A DNA stretch of 64,000 nt from Octopus sinensis. Lineage: Eukaryota. The stretch is from assembly GCF_006345805.1 (NCBI RefSeq), contig NC_042999.1, positions 122,450,001-122,514,000 on the forward strand, written 5' to 3'. The position numbers and the translations under genes are program-made. Within the stretch, counting starts at the first letter, position 1. The number at the start of each line of letters is the position of its first letter. Positions 40,235 through 52,508 of this stretch are shown piece after piece. The notes under the pieces are model-generated. The model made no database searches and had not been told where the DNA came from. It worked only from the letters and a program-made list of their open reading frames with translations.

Positions 40235-40270
40235 CTGTCAATATTGTCTGTATGTATGTATATATGTCTG

Positions 40271-40331
<61 letters not shown>

Positions 40332-40541
40332 GTGTAAGTGTTTGTCCTCCCACCATCACTTGAAAACTGATGCTAGTGTGTTTATGTCCCCATAATTTTG
40401 TGGCTTGGCAAAAGAGACTGATAGAATAAGTACTAGGATTACAAGAGTAAGTCCTGGGGTCAATTTCCTTGGCTAAAACTCTTTAAGGCACTGCTCCACC
40501 ATGGTCACAGTTAAATGACCAAAAGAAGTAAAAGAATAAAA

Positions 40542-40545
<4 letters not shown>
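40022..40545 (+). mobile_element. SINE family A (expanded TA spacer)
   Basis: Homologous head and tail; preceded by a minus-strand fragment ~39920-39990. Confidence 0.88.
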
Positions 40546-40579
<34 letters not shown>

Positions 40580-40680
40580 TGAGCTTATTTCAGTTTCCAT
40601 CTACCAAGGCTTTGGTCAGCCTGAGTCTATAGGAGAAGCCACCGAAGGTACAATGCAGTGGGACTGAACCCAGAACCAAT
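40580..40680 (-). mobile_element. SINE family A head fragment
   Basis: cagtttccatctacc..aaggctttggtcagcctgag..gcagtgggactgaaccc. Confidence 0.75.
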
Positions 40681-41696
40681 AATCTTTTCAAATGTTCAAC
40701 TCATGATTTAACTTGACTTTCTAAAGTTGTTAACCACTTGTTAGCCACTAAGGATTACATGAACCAAAGCAAGCCAATATAAGATCATCATTATCTGAGA
40801 AAACCTGTCTTCCATCTCTTTATTGGTGATCAGAAGAGTAATCATTTGCAGACAATGACAATCATCATGATTTTGTATTGCATGTAACTGAGAAGATACA
40901 TTTATGTGATAGCTGTGATATAAGCTACTAACCATCAATTGAGCTAAGAAGCCATCACTGCTTTGAAGCTCATTAACAAGCAAGGAGCATGTTTATTATT
41001 GGACCAACTGCAGTCATGTATATTTATAAGTGAAAAACAAATGACAAATAGAGCATCAGTGACTAGGTTGTAGGCATACAACAATTGACTTTGTACATAT
41101 TAATATATATTATCATATCATCAATACACATTCTTCAAATGGTAAAAAAACAATAATTCAAATTTCTTTGTTTATTGAAAAAGAACATAAAATGTGCTGT
41201 TCTTTTTTGTATAAGATATGCTTTTCTATATAATGTACATCACTAATTATGAGATCAGAAAATCTCATATATAGTACATAGTTTTTTTTGTGTTATATAA
41301 GAAAAGAAGTGCTTAGTAATATTTTTTATACAGCTGTCTAACATACACTGAAAAAGTTAAAGCATCCACAAAACAATAAGTAAATTTGGAAGTGATCTTT
41401 GAACTTCACTGGTGTCAGCTGTAAAGTGTTATTATCATAAAAGTTAACCGGAGAAAAGCCAACTTACATGGAATCTTATAAAATGTGTAACTCGGCATGT
41501 AAATACTGTTATATATGTACTTCCATTATGGAATGTTTAGGGTTTTGTTTGTCTTTTTTTTTTCAGTACAAATGTATATAGTGTCACTTTATTATAATAA
41601 TTATAGTATTTCAGAAACAATAGTATTTATTTTTCAGTTTATATATGCATTTTGTTAATGATGGTATCCTTAATGAAAATTTATTAATTTAATTTG

Positions 41697-41879
41697 TGCT
41701 GGTGGCACGTAAAAAACACCCACTACACTCACGGAGTGGTTGGCGTTAGGAAGGGCATCCAGCCGTAGAAACACTGCCAGATCTGACTGGGCCTGACGAA
41801 GCCTTCCAGCTTCACAGACCCCAGTTGAACCGTCTAACCCATGCTAGCATGGAAAGCGGACGCTAAATGATGATGATGA
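41697..41879 (+). mobile_element. Family D short retroposon with (ATG)n tail
   Basis: ggttggcgttaggaagggcatccagccgtagaaac (V-domain-like motif) .. aacccatgctagcatggaaagcggacgctaaatgatgatgatga. Confidence 0.8.
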
Positions 41880-42048
41880 ATCTACACGTTAAATAATTCA
41901 GTTATTATTTTCAATACTGTAAATATTATTTTATAAACTTTTGCACTGAAGATTGATGACAGTATATCCACATGCTACATTTCTGCCAGTTATTATTATA
42001 ATAGAAAACGTATTGTTATTACCATTACATATCAGTTAGCTTGAACAG

Positions 42049-42113
42049 TAGATGTACTTACCTTACTTCCATCATGCCATACAGAATATGGTGAAACACT
42101 TGACTATGAAAAC
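42049..42113 (+). other. Candidate micro-exon (acceptor at 42048 or 42084; donor AC|GTAAGT at 42114)
   Basis: Open frame (V)DVLTLLPSCHTEYGETLDYEN ending at a consensus donor; an alternative 42-nt minus-strand exon 42062-42103 also fits. Confidence 0.3.
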
Positions 42114-43899
42114 GTAAGTAGCAATTAGTTCTCAAATAGGCTGATTGCCTTTCATAATTAGGTTAAAATATCTGATAAGCAGTGTATTATACATGACTAA
42201 ATATGATGTATCATTGCAAATGACACTATTGCTTTTTAACTTGAAAAGACAAAATTTAGGAAACTTCAGTAAACAGAAGAACAAAGTTGATTCTTAAAAA
42301 ATATTTCTAAATGATTAATCTCAAATAACCAAAAGTTTCAAAATTATTTACACAATGTTAACAATAAATATCTTTAACTATGTTTAAAAGAAGAAAGTGT
42401 TTACTTATATATTAATTACAGCAACTAAAAGTTCTCTCTAATGAATACAATTCAAACCTAAAAATTTTCATGAACTTCATTTTTCATTTATCTTCTTGTG
42501 AAAGTCAAAATCAGATTTTATAGCAGGATCAAGTGAAATTTATTAAAAATCAATATATGTGCATCAACAACATACATATAAATAAAGTTAAACTACAGCC
42601 TAATTCTCTCACCTATTAATATTTTACAGTATATTTATAAAGAGAATGAAAGAGGAGAGACAGAGATGTGAGGAAACTTTGCATATTTGTGATCAATGAG
42701 TTGCAAAATGTTTTCATAAAATTCCAAAAGCTGGTCATGTGAAAAATTAGAGTTGCCTTTAGAAAACAATGTTGATTTAAAAGAAGAAAAGAAAAATACC
42801 CAAATTTTTCCCTTTAAATACAATTTTACTAAATATATTTTGCATCAGTCATTTACAATTTGATAACACTTAGCTTTGAATCGGATCATTAAATAATGAA
42901 TTATTACACTTAAATAGATTTTCCATTTTCCTTTATACCTCATGATCCCATAGTATTTCATACATACACACATCTACTTTCCCCCACTCTCTCTTTCTCT
43001 TTCACTCCCCCTCTCTCTCTCTTTTGTTCCTCTCTCTCTCTCTCTCTCTCTCTCAAAAACTCTTGCATGCATATACTTTAGCATACTTTTTAGAAAAATA
43101 TTTTGGGGGATTATTACAGCATTTCCATTTTTTGTCTTTTTTTTACTTGAGCACAATATTTTTAGGATTTAAATTTCAGAAAATATTTTTATTTCTCTCT
43201 TTTATCAAATGTTTATAGTTTTTGAAAGAATAATCATTCAAAGTATTATACCCATTTTTTTTTAAAGTGTATAAAAAAAAATCAAGAGTCATCATCCAAA
43301 CATTGTAATGTTAATCTATGTATAATTGAATATTTCAATATTAATGACACTTTCATCTATTTCAAAATAACTTCTCAGGAAATGAAAAACATGAAACAAA
43401 TGTTTCTTTCTCTAGTTGATGTTGAGGACTCTTAATCTTGTAAGGTAGCATCCCTAGTTTCAGCAACACTCTAAAAATACTCTATCCAGCCTAGTGTAGC
43501 TTTCCATAAAATGACTGACAATCAGCATGAAGCACAACATATTGTAAAATATTGTGCATTAATGTAATTATCATATGTAATGTCAGTTCTGCATTTAGGA
43601 GCAAAGGTATCAAAGGTGTACATTATCTTCACAATCATCAATCAAGCAGTCCCTCTGTCAACAGCAGTAACTTTGTTTCAAGTTCTAAATTTCAAGTCAA
43701 CTACTATTAATATTAGTCCAATGAAAGATAAATTTAATGAGAAATATCAGATCATGAAGAATGAAATGTCCGATTTTGAATTGAAAGCTTATTTTATCTT
43801 AAGAAAAAGCAATGCAGTTAATCAAAGTATATACATAAATTATCAACACAATTTTGCCATTTTATCAGGAGTTTATTTATGCCAGCAGCAAAGAATTCT

Positions 43900-44450
43900 G
43901 GAGAGCAAGAGGTGATGAAATTATGAAAGGCTATTATTTGCCTCTTTTTCAGATTTGAAGTTTTTTCCTTGCAAAAAGTTGTCTAATGCCTGAAAAGCAT
44001 GATACTCAGTTGGTGCAAGGTCTGGTGAATGTGGTGAAAGACAGCGTACTTCCATCTTCTGTTCCTGTAACTTGAGTAGCTTTCTTTGTGCAACATGTAG
44101 TTGAGCATTGTCTTGCAAGAGAATTGGCCTATCTCAATTGACCAATCTCGGTTGTTTAAATGCAAGTTCACTCATCATACCATCCAATTGATTGATGTAT
44201 ACATGAAATTGTAGTGGATGATACCAGCTCTAGACCATCAAACAGACACCATTAGCTTTTTTTGGTGAATATTCCTTTTTGGATTGTGTTTTGACACTTT
44301 GTTTCTATCTAACCACAGTGCAGAATGCTTGTCTGAACAACCAAGAATGGATCTCTTCACTAAGTTGGGTCATGGTATATGTATACACTGCAAGAATATC
44401 AAGTGCAAATGCTTCTGCACAGACTTTGATGTTCATCTGATATTATTTGG
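43900..44450 (-). pseudogene. mariner transposase catalytic-domain fragment
   Basis: LQDNAQLHVAQ..SPHSPDLAPTEYHAFQALDNFLQGKNF (DNARPH / YSPDLAP.D motifs). Confidence 0.85.
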
Positions 44451-44546
44451 GTGAGCAAATTAGATTGACCTAACAAGGTACCTCAATTTAAGTACCTAAT
44501 TCAACTGAATCTTAATTATATATATATATGTATATATGTATGTATA

Positions 44547-44665
44547 AATGTTTCTATCTGCCAAGTCCACTCATGAGGCTATGGTAGGATTGAGACTACA
44601 GTAGAAAACATTTGCCTGAGGTACCATGCAGTGGGACTAAACCTGGAACCATGTGGTTGAGTGTT
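44547..44665 (-). mobile_element. SINE family A head fragment
   Basis: ccactcatgaggct..gcagtgggactaaacctggaaccatgtggtt. Confidence 0.7.
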
Positions 44666-45324
44666 TTCTAACATAGCCTTTGTTAGATCATAAAACATAA
44701 CCTTTTTTATAACCATCTCTTTGTGAGTGGAGTATTTTAAATGGAAACTGTGAAGGAAGTTGTCCTATATATGTGTGTATATATGTATGTAAATACGCAC
44801 ATTCTCATTTACATATATGCATTCAAAGATAGATATTGGTTAGGCCAATCAGAGGACTAATATAGTAGAATTTTCACCGTGTGTAACCAGTTCTTTAGAT
44901 ATTATCTCAACTGAATTGACTTGTCAGAAGAACAGGCTATGTACCATAGGAAGTCTGTAGTAATAGGTCACAGAACCAGCCTGAGTAAACCCCAATCAGG
45001 GAGTAAGTAGATGAAGTTATTGACATCGTTATTATTCTTTAGTTCCAAGTCACTATTTTTTGTGTATTAAGAACTACATTATCCAAAGTGTTCATCCTTT
45101 TTTAATGATGATGGGTAAAATTCATTTGCTATTTCATGCAGGTCAAGAACAATGCTGAGGCTCCCTTGTTGGCTCATAAATGATTACTAGTTTCCTTGAC
45201 ATGACAGGCAAAGAAAATTACCACTATGATATTGAATATAAGAGCTAGAATAATTAAGCTCTGACTGGTAATGGGCAATATAATAGCACCTGTGATCTCT
45301 ACTAATTCCCCATGAGTAGGCTTG

Positions 45325-45620
45325 ATGGATGAGGAGATTTATGGAGTGCTTGGGCAAGTTGTCTCAATAATTGATAGCAGTGATATTATTATTGACAATG
45401 ATTTTAATTTAAGGAAATATTGGATGGAAGCAATAGTCTGTATGGAGGCTATCGTCATGGTACAAGACATGGAAAATGATAAAGATTTCAGGAATTTTGA
45501 ATGCAAATGATGTATGAAGTTGTAACACAAAATTCAGCAAGCCAGCCTCTAAAGCAGTCACCTACCTTTCAGGTGAACATGACAGCCAGATTGATTTTGT
45601 GTTTAATAGAGAAAAAATGG
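45325..45620 (+). pseudogene. RTE LINE AP-endonuclease fragment
   Basis: EEIYGVLGQVVSIIDSSDIIIDNDFN .. FSKPASKAVTYLSGEHDSQIDFV (GDFN and TY.SG...QIDF motifs). Confidence 0.6.
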
Positions 45621-46344
45621 AGATTGCTGGAGAAACCGATCATGTCATTCTAAAACACTATGAGTATATGCTCTGCGGGAAATTCACTTTGGTACAGTTT
45701 AACAGGTAGTTAGATGGACAAAAGACAATAGGAGAAAGCTATGAATCTTCTAGAGCTGTTAGGTAAGACTACCAAGCAGCACTGGGTAAGATTTATACTA
45801 TAAGGAGGTGAGAGAAAACTATGACACAGATGGCAACTGAAGTCTTAATAAACCGACGGTTACAAGCCATTAGACTATTTTGTAAATGGAGTAGGATTTG
45901 AGTCAATCATTACAGTTGTGAGATAGTACAGTGTACATGACTAGAAGGGCTAAAATATAAGCATTGAAGGGATGGATGATAGCATGACACCAAGTATATC
46001 TAGTATGATGAAAAGCTGAAGCAAAGCGGTTTGCAAAGGTTTTATACTATGAGCATTAGAAGGATAAACTCAGATAGCAAAGCATTCTATTCTTATGTTG
46101 CCAAATGTGATTTATGTGTATGTGTGTGTGTGTTTAAAATAACACTTCTACTTTCTCCTTACTGATAGTAAAAGTAAAGGAACATAAAAGCAGGGTTTAA
46201 ATCTTAGACTCTGTCATTACAGCATTGAATATCAAAAGACTGATGAGACTATTGATGTTTGAAATGATAAAAACCACATGACTGAATACTGTAATACTGA
46301 AAGATCAGATCTCTAAATTTTGAAATATTTTTTAGGAAAATGAA

Positions 46345-46680
46345 AAAAGCAGCAAGTTCATTTCATCTGCAGGGAAGGCGATGGCATGTTTTTGGGGATA
46401 CAAAAGGCATTGTGTTTATTGACTATCTTCAAAAGGGTCATAGTTCTATGCCAACTTGCAGTCACAAAAGGCTAACATGACCAAACTGCCAGCAAAACTG
46501 ACGAAAGGGGTCTTGCTTCATCAGAACAATGCTCCAGCATACAAGTCCTTGGTTTCAATGGCTGCTGTGCATCACTGTGATTTTGAACTGGTTGATCACC
46601 ATCCCTATTCTCCTGAAGTGGCCCCATCTAACTATCATCTGTTTTCCAACATGAAGTAACACTAGGCTGGGAACCAGTCA
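46345..46680 (+). pseudogene. mariner (irritans-like) transposase fragment
   Basis: SAGKAMA..GIVFIDYLQKG..KGVLLHQNNAPAYKS..HHPYSPEVAPSNYHLFSNMK. Confidence 0.88.
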
Positions 46681-46681
46681 G

Positions 46682-47990
46682 ATGATGAAAGTCATAGAAA
46701 GGGTCATAGCTCAATTAATTAGGAAGAGAGTTAGTGTAGATGAAATGCAGTTCCGATTTGTGCCAGGCAGGAGCATGACTGATGCTATATTCCTGATTAG
46801 GCAACTGCAGGAGAAATATCTATCCAAAACTAAACCCTTGTTCCTGGCTGTTGTTGTCATAGAGAAAGCTTTTGACAGAATCTCTTACTCCTTTATCTGG
46901 TGGTCAATGCAGAAGCTGGGGATAGATAAGTGGCTAGTGAGAGTTGTACAAGCCTTGTACAGGAATGTTGCCATTGCTATAGCAACGTGTATAGCGACGA
47001 ATTTAGGGGTTCACGAAGGATCAGTTCTCAGCCCTGCTCATTCATCATAGTCTTCCAGGCAATAACAGAGGAATTTAAGATGGGCTGCCCCTGGGAACTC
47101 CTTTATACTGATGACCTTGTTCTTATAGCTGAATCACTGCCAGAACTAGAGAAGAAATTTCGGTTGTGGAAGCAAGGTCTAGAATCAAAGGGCCTTAGAG
47201 TTAATCTTGCAAAAGTGAAAGTCTTAGTAACTATGAGAGCAGACAAATCGCAAATCCCTTCAGGCAGATGGTCCGTCTCAATACATGGAAAAGGCATAGG
47301 AAAAACTCCATAAGATGTATTTAGTGTAAGCTATGGACACATGAGATGTGCATCAATATCAGAGGAAGGTTTACAGGGAAAATAGATTTTGTGTGTGGAA
47401 GGTGCACAGGTATAATTAACACTAAAAGTGTACAGAAAATAGACACCATCAAATACCAGAGGGGAAAACCAGAAGTAGTTGATAGCTTCCATTATTTAGG
47501 TGACCAAGTCAGTAGGGGCGGATGCCCTGAGAGCATAGCTGCTAGAATAAGAATAGGCTGGGCAAAGTTCAGAGAATTCCTACCTCTGTTGGTAACAAAA
47601 GGCCTCTCTCTCAAAGAGTAAGACAGATTTTTATGATGCCTGTATGTGAACAGCTATACCACATGGCACTGAAACATGGACTATTGCAGCTGAGGACATG
47701 TGTAGGCTTGAAAGAAATAAAACCAGTATGCTTCGCTGGATGTGTAATGTCAGTGTACATATGCAACAGAGTGTAAGCATCTTGAGAGAAAAGTTGGGCA
47801 TTAGAGGCATCTGATGTGGTGTGCAAAAGCGACAACTGCACTTGTACAGTCATGTGATGCTTATTGACAAGGACAGCTGAAGAAGTGCCGAACTCTAATG
47901 GTGTGGGGAACCTGTGGAAGAGATAAACCCAGGAAGACATGTGACAAGGTGGTGAAGCATGATCTTCGAACGTTGGGCCTCATGGAGGCA
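46682..47990 (+). pseudogene. RTE-clade LINE RT, 5'-truncated and frameshifted
   Basis: MKVIERV..QFRFVPGRSMTDAIFLIRQLQEK..EKAFDR..LLYTDDLVLIAES..GLRVNLAK..HYLGD..IGWAKFRE. Confidence 0.92.
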
Positions 47991-48129
47991 AAGACAAGTG
48001 TCTAACTGCATTTTTACTCTTATGTTTTTAATTTTGACATTTACCAACTTTCTCTTTGTTATGTTACCATTTTCTTTTCATGACATACCATTTATTCTTT
48101 TTTCTTTGTTCCAACATTTTATCATCTTG

Positions 48130-49113
48130 GCTTTATAGTGCACTTTTACATGTCCAAATTTTCCCCAATGGAAGCATTCCGCTTTCTTAAATGGACAGTG
48201 TTTCCCCAGGTGTAGATCACCACATCCAAAACATGGGGTTTTTTCCTGATTCTTGTCCTGTTTGTACTGTATTTTAGTACATACTTGATTTCTGTTCTGC
48301 CTATTTCACACTTGTTTCACTTGGGAGAAATCTTTATGTTCAATTTTATCTGTGACCTGTCTTAAATTTATTATTCTTTCACACTCTTCCGACACTTGTT
48401 GTAAGGTTATAGCTTGGTTTTGTTCCAGCTTAGCGACAATTCTTGTTCTTACTTCTGCGTCTTTCTCTGCAGTTAATCCCTGAGTAAATATCAGGCATCA
48501 ATTCGTCCAGCTTGAATTTTTCACATTCCCTGTTAACTCTACCAGCATATATGATGCAGTCCTCCATGTTCTTTTCTAGGTTCAAACATTTTCAACGTGT
48601 ATTTAGCAATGAGATTTTCTCACTAAAACATTTTCACAATATGTCTATTGTATCTTGAAAATTTATGTCAGAAGGTTCCTTCTGGGGGTACGTAATTGCT
48701 GTAACATTCATGTTCTCCCGCTACCAGTTTTCCTAAGATTAAACGTGTTTTCATATCATCATCTTAAACTTTGCCCTCTTTATTGAAAATTTGTTTGTAT
48801 CTTCTGTAAGCCTTGAAGGTAACTCCTTCGTCTGGTTCGTACTTAAACTCTGTTATCGAGTTCGCAACATAATCTGGCGAGAACATTTTTCAGCATTTCC
48901 TGACGACTTTCTATTCATTTATTGTAGCATTTGTTGTTGTAATAGTAATTGTTGTTGTTGCTTCTACTGTTGTTAGTGCAGTTGTAGCTGCTGCTGTTGT
49001 TGTTGTTGTTTCTGATGTGGTTCTTGCAGTTTTAGCTGCTATTGTTGTTGTTCTCTCGGTAGCCATTGTTGCTGTTTCTGCAACTTGAGCAAACCGATCA
49101 ACAAATTTTCCAT
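48130..49113 (-). pseudogene. Ty3/Gypsy gag pseudogene with polyQ N-terminus and zinc knuckles
   Basis: ATG at 49113; FKYEPDEGVTF..RRY..KTRLILGKL..YAGRVNRECEKFKLDEL..DAEVRTRIVAKLEQ..LQQVSEECERIINL; CFGCGDLHLGKHC and CFHWGKFGH knuckles. Confidence 0.85.
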
Positions 49114-49171
49114 AATTTTATGGTTTTTTCCACAAAATTTTCAGAAAAAATACTTTTGTGAGTTTGTTAAT

Positions 49172-49183
49172 TCCTCGTCGCCA
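49172..49183 (-). promoter_or_regulatory. Primer-binding site TGGCGACGAGGA (complementary to tRNA-Ser(GCU) 3' end)
   Basis: One base from the LTR end (...CTACA G TGGCGACGAGGA); tRNA-Ser(GCU) ends ..CCTCGTCGCCA (established knowledge). Confidence 0.8.
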
Positions 49184-49184
49184 C

Positions 49185-49383
49185 TGTAGCAATTCTTAGT
49201 GTCGGATTATTGTAACTCCCACTCTGGTATAGCAGTAGAGTTAGTAAGACAAGACCACGATTATATATAACCGTCTACTTCGTACTCTCTCTTGACACTG
49301 ACCGACGTCACATTATTTATAGTGACTATCACATACCACTCATCTCCTGGGAGGGGTGTACCATTATTACTATTATCTCCACA
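49185..49383 (-). repeat. 5' LTR of the Gypsy element (~199 bp)
   Basis: TGTGGAG...GCTACA termini, internal tataaata, adjacent to the PBS. Confidence 0.7.
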
Positions 49384-50133
49384 ATAATTTGCAACAACAT
49401 AAAAAGTTCAATGTTCAATGGATTCAGCAGACATTGAGAATTCAGATTAGAATGTCTGCATGAGAGAGAAGAGGTGAGAGTTGATTTGCACTATGCATAC
49501 TGACGACATACAAATATTCAGCTCTAATTTTAAGAGCTGTAAACTGAACCTTTTATAGTTTCACTGTCTCCAAAATAGGCTCTAATAAGCTCTTTTTTAA
49601 GCATATTTGATTAGTTAAATTGAACATCAATTTAAACCAACATCATACTCATATTTTATGACTATGAATAACTGCTTTCGAGAATTCCAGTAATTGAAAT
49701 ATATTTAGAAAATGATGTAAAATCTAGTATAATCATTTTGCCTATTATAAAATCTGAAGTTCTGCACATGTATTTTTATTGTTAGGCAGTGTAATATATG
49801 TGTGTATGGGTGAGGAAAGCCATGATTTGTTTTGTAATATAAGTATGGTAGCCCACACTACTTCTATTCTTTAAATTCTTTCATTATTGGATTTTTGTTC
49901 TTTCAGTACAGACATGAAAATATACAAACGATCAAAAGACAGGATTTTGAGAGAGAAAATTTTGAAATTAATCTTGCACATTTGTGTATCTCTCTTTGTT
50001 GTTTACAAATAACATACCGATATTAAAACCTTAGCTGACTATTGTTTTTGCTACAAGTGAATTTTAGTTATAAGTAAATGATTGCTAAGATTATTAAAGT
50101 TGTATCTAATTTCTATAACGTGGTTTCTATATA

Positions 50134-50440
50134 TGTCACCTTACTATCGTACCCTAATACAGTGTGATATATAGTCCCACATAACGGGGTAGACACCAAT
50201 TGTCTCCACTTGATCTATTCCCAAATACTCTTCCAACAACTGTAACCAACTCACAACGAACTATAACAACTTCTCAACAATTTCCTGTAATTCCATGAAC
50301 TCATGAACGACACCTTTCAACTTACTGCGAGTTCTCATCTCTTACTCTCAGTTAAAACACGATGCTACTTATACGAGTTTGGCTAGTCCATTCTCACAGG
50401 GAGGGGTGTCATGGTCCTCGCCATAATACTATTAATGGCA
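50134..50440 (-). repeat. Probable solo LTR of a related family
   Basis: Shares taatagta.tatgg..acacccctccc with the 49185-49383 LTR; TG...ACA termini; no clean TSD. Confidence 0.4.
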
Positions 50441-50525
50441 AATATGTTGAAACAAGTCTAAGACACAAATGATTATTATATCCCTGAGTTTATTGTAAAT
50501 ATAAAAGCAGTGAAATATGTTAGAA

Positions 50526-50690
50526 GAGCACCCATCACACACTGTAAAGTGGTTGGTGTTAGGAAGCGCATACACTCATAGAAACCAAACCAAATTAGAC
50601 TGGAACTTGGTGCAGCTCTCTGGCTGCCAGCTTTGGTTAAACTGTCCAACATGGAAAAATAACATTGAATAATGATGATGATGAGGAGGA
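50526..50690 (+). mobile_element. Family D short retroposon, decayed
   Basis: agtggttggtgttaggaagcgcat..tagaaac..gatgatgatga; homologous to 41697-41879. Confidence 0.65.
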
Positions 50691-51287
50691 GGAGAATGAC
50701 GATGACGATTGTGTTAGAAGGAATAAGAACTCTATAAATAAATAAGCATAAATACTTCTATCCAGTAGATTTCTTGTACATATTTTGGTGTCAATGTGCT
50801 TTGGTTAATATTGAAAAATAATCAAGAATAAGTGGTGATAAACATTACTTTTCAGTATGATGATTGCTTTCACCTCTTGTAGAGACTTTTCTAACTCCCT
50901 AATTTGCTTATTACAAGATCAGTAACTGTGTGTCACTTGTTTTCTAAATATTCCAAGATAGCATGAGCTAATGCTATCTCTAGTGGATGAGTATCCACCA
51001 CCGAGGATGACCACAAAGAGGTCAAAACAGTATAGTCTAGTGGTCTTGTAGCTGGAAAATAGTAGGAGTTCACTACCCCTGCTTGCAATATATATTGGCT
51101 GCAGATTGCCATTTAAGCGATGTCATTTTTCATATGTGATGTAGTGGTGCTGCAAAATTTGATTTATATGCATTAATTTCCATTATGTCCTTTATATTGT
51201 ATCAAAATTTCATGCATTCATTTGTAAAGTTAAGGAAGTTATTAAAATTTGAAACCCATCAGTGTCTTTTGGGATGCCCTGTATATT

Positions 51288-51488
51288 GTTAAAGCTATAT
51301 CCAGTCATAGAGTGACCAACAATTTCACATTCACAAAGGGCTTAGCTTTAGGACAGCTTGTAAGACTTTGAAACTGAAGCTAAAAAATTAGACTAACTAG
51401 GCTTTTGAGTCTGATGAGCCATCCATGGGGCTAAGCCCTTTGGGGATGTGAAACCGTTGGTCACTCTATGACCAGGCATAGACTTAAC
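51288..51488. repeat. ~200-bp inverted repeat whose arms carry hammerhead-like motifs
   Basis: 51304-51346 vs 51430-51472 are 39/43 complementary; CTGATGA at 51411-51417 and GAAA at 51450-51453. Confidence 0.8.
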
Positions 51489-52454
51489 TACACACACACA
51501 TATATATATATATATGAATTCATGAGGTGCCAATAGTGCAGTGAAAATCCATGCAATAATATGTCTATTCATTTTTTTCATATATTCTGGCAAATTTGAA
51601 CATGAATATCTGATCCCTGTTGTTTTCCATCTTCAAGGACATGTTCCTTTAGAAGATTTGTGTCCATAGCTCAAGTAATTCACTGACGAATCACATATGT
51701 GATGAACTCACATCTCCTAAAGAGAGATGTTCTCCACTGATCAATAACAACAGCAATCAGATATTCATATTTGAATCTGCCAGAATTTATTAAGTCTGAA
51801 TAGTTAAATTATTGTGTGTGTGTGTGTGAGAGAGAGAGACTGATCTTCTGTAGTAAACCCATCTACATCTGCATGTGTTGGTTAATGTGTATGTTTGTGC
51901 ACAGTAATATTTGCTATACTTGTTAGATATTTCTTTCATTTAAAGTAGTGTATAATCTGTCAGCATATTTATATGGGAATAGTTTTTCAAGGTGTGGTTT
52001 ATCCTTATCCACCATACTGTTTTCTTACCATACTTACTTTCCTCTCATATTATTTGAAATCTTCCTATCTTATTTTTGCCTTTTTTTCTTGCATCTACTG
52101 GTTTATTCTTCACTCTTTTATTATCAGCTTCCTTTCTCTTAGTCCACCTCACGTCCTGGACATTTAATCCTCTCGCAGAATATCTCTTTTCACGTTTCCA
52201 CCTATTTACTTCATTATAATAACTCTCTATTTATTTGTCTACAGGCCTAAGGAACAACCATTGTTTCTTATGTGCAGATGAAGGAAAATGCTGAAAACTA
52301 GAATTTACATTTCTTGCAATAAATGACCTTATAAAACTCTCATAAAGTTTTTAGCCTTTTTTGTTTTTATAATATATAATATCTATTATGATATTTTTAT
52401 CTCATAATGTTAATGTTTAATTATCATTTTTTTCTTTTCTCTTTTCTATTTCAG

Positions 52455-52508
52455 GTAAGTCACTTAATAATTTCCACGGATTAATTATTCCAGCAGCAAC
52501 AGGTATTG
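52455..52508 (+). CDS. Candidate 54-nt phase-1 micro-exon of an unidentified host gene; starts with GTAAGT (recursive-splice-like)
   Basis: Strong polypyrimidine tract + TTTCAG acceptor (52426-52454); donor TG|GTAAGA at 52509; only open frame gives (G)KSLNNFHGLIIPAATGI. Confidence 0.55.

Noticed and set aside
49349-49360. gggagggg-TGT resembling a plus-strand polypurine tract and LTR start (also 50399-50410)
   Set aside because: Lies inside the LTR defined by the minus-strand PBS and gag; better explained as internal LTR sequence.
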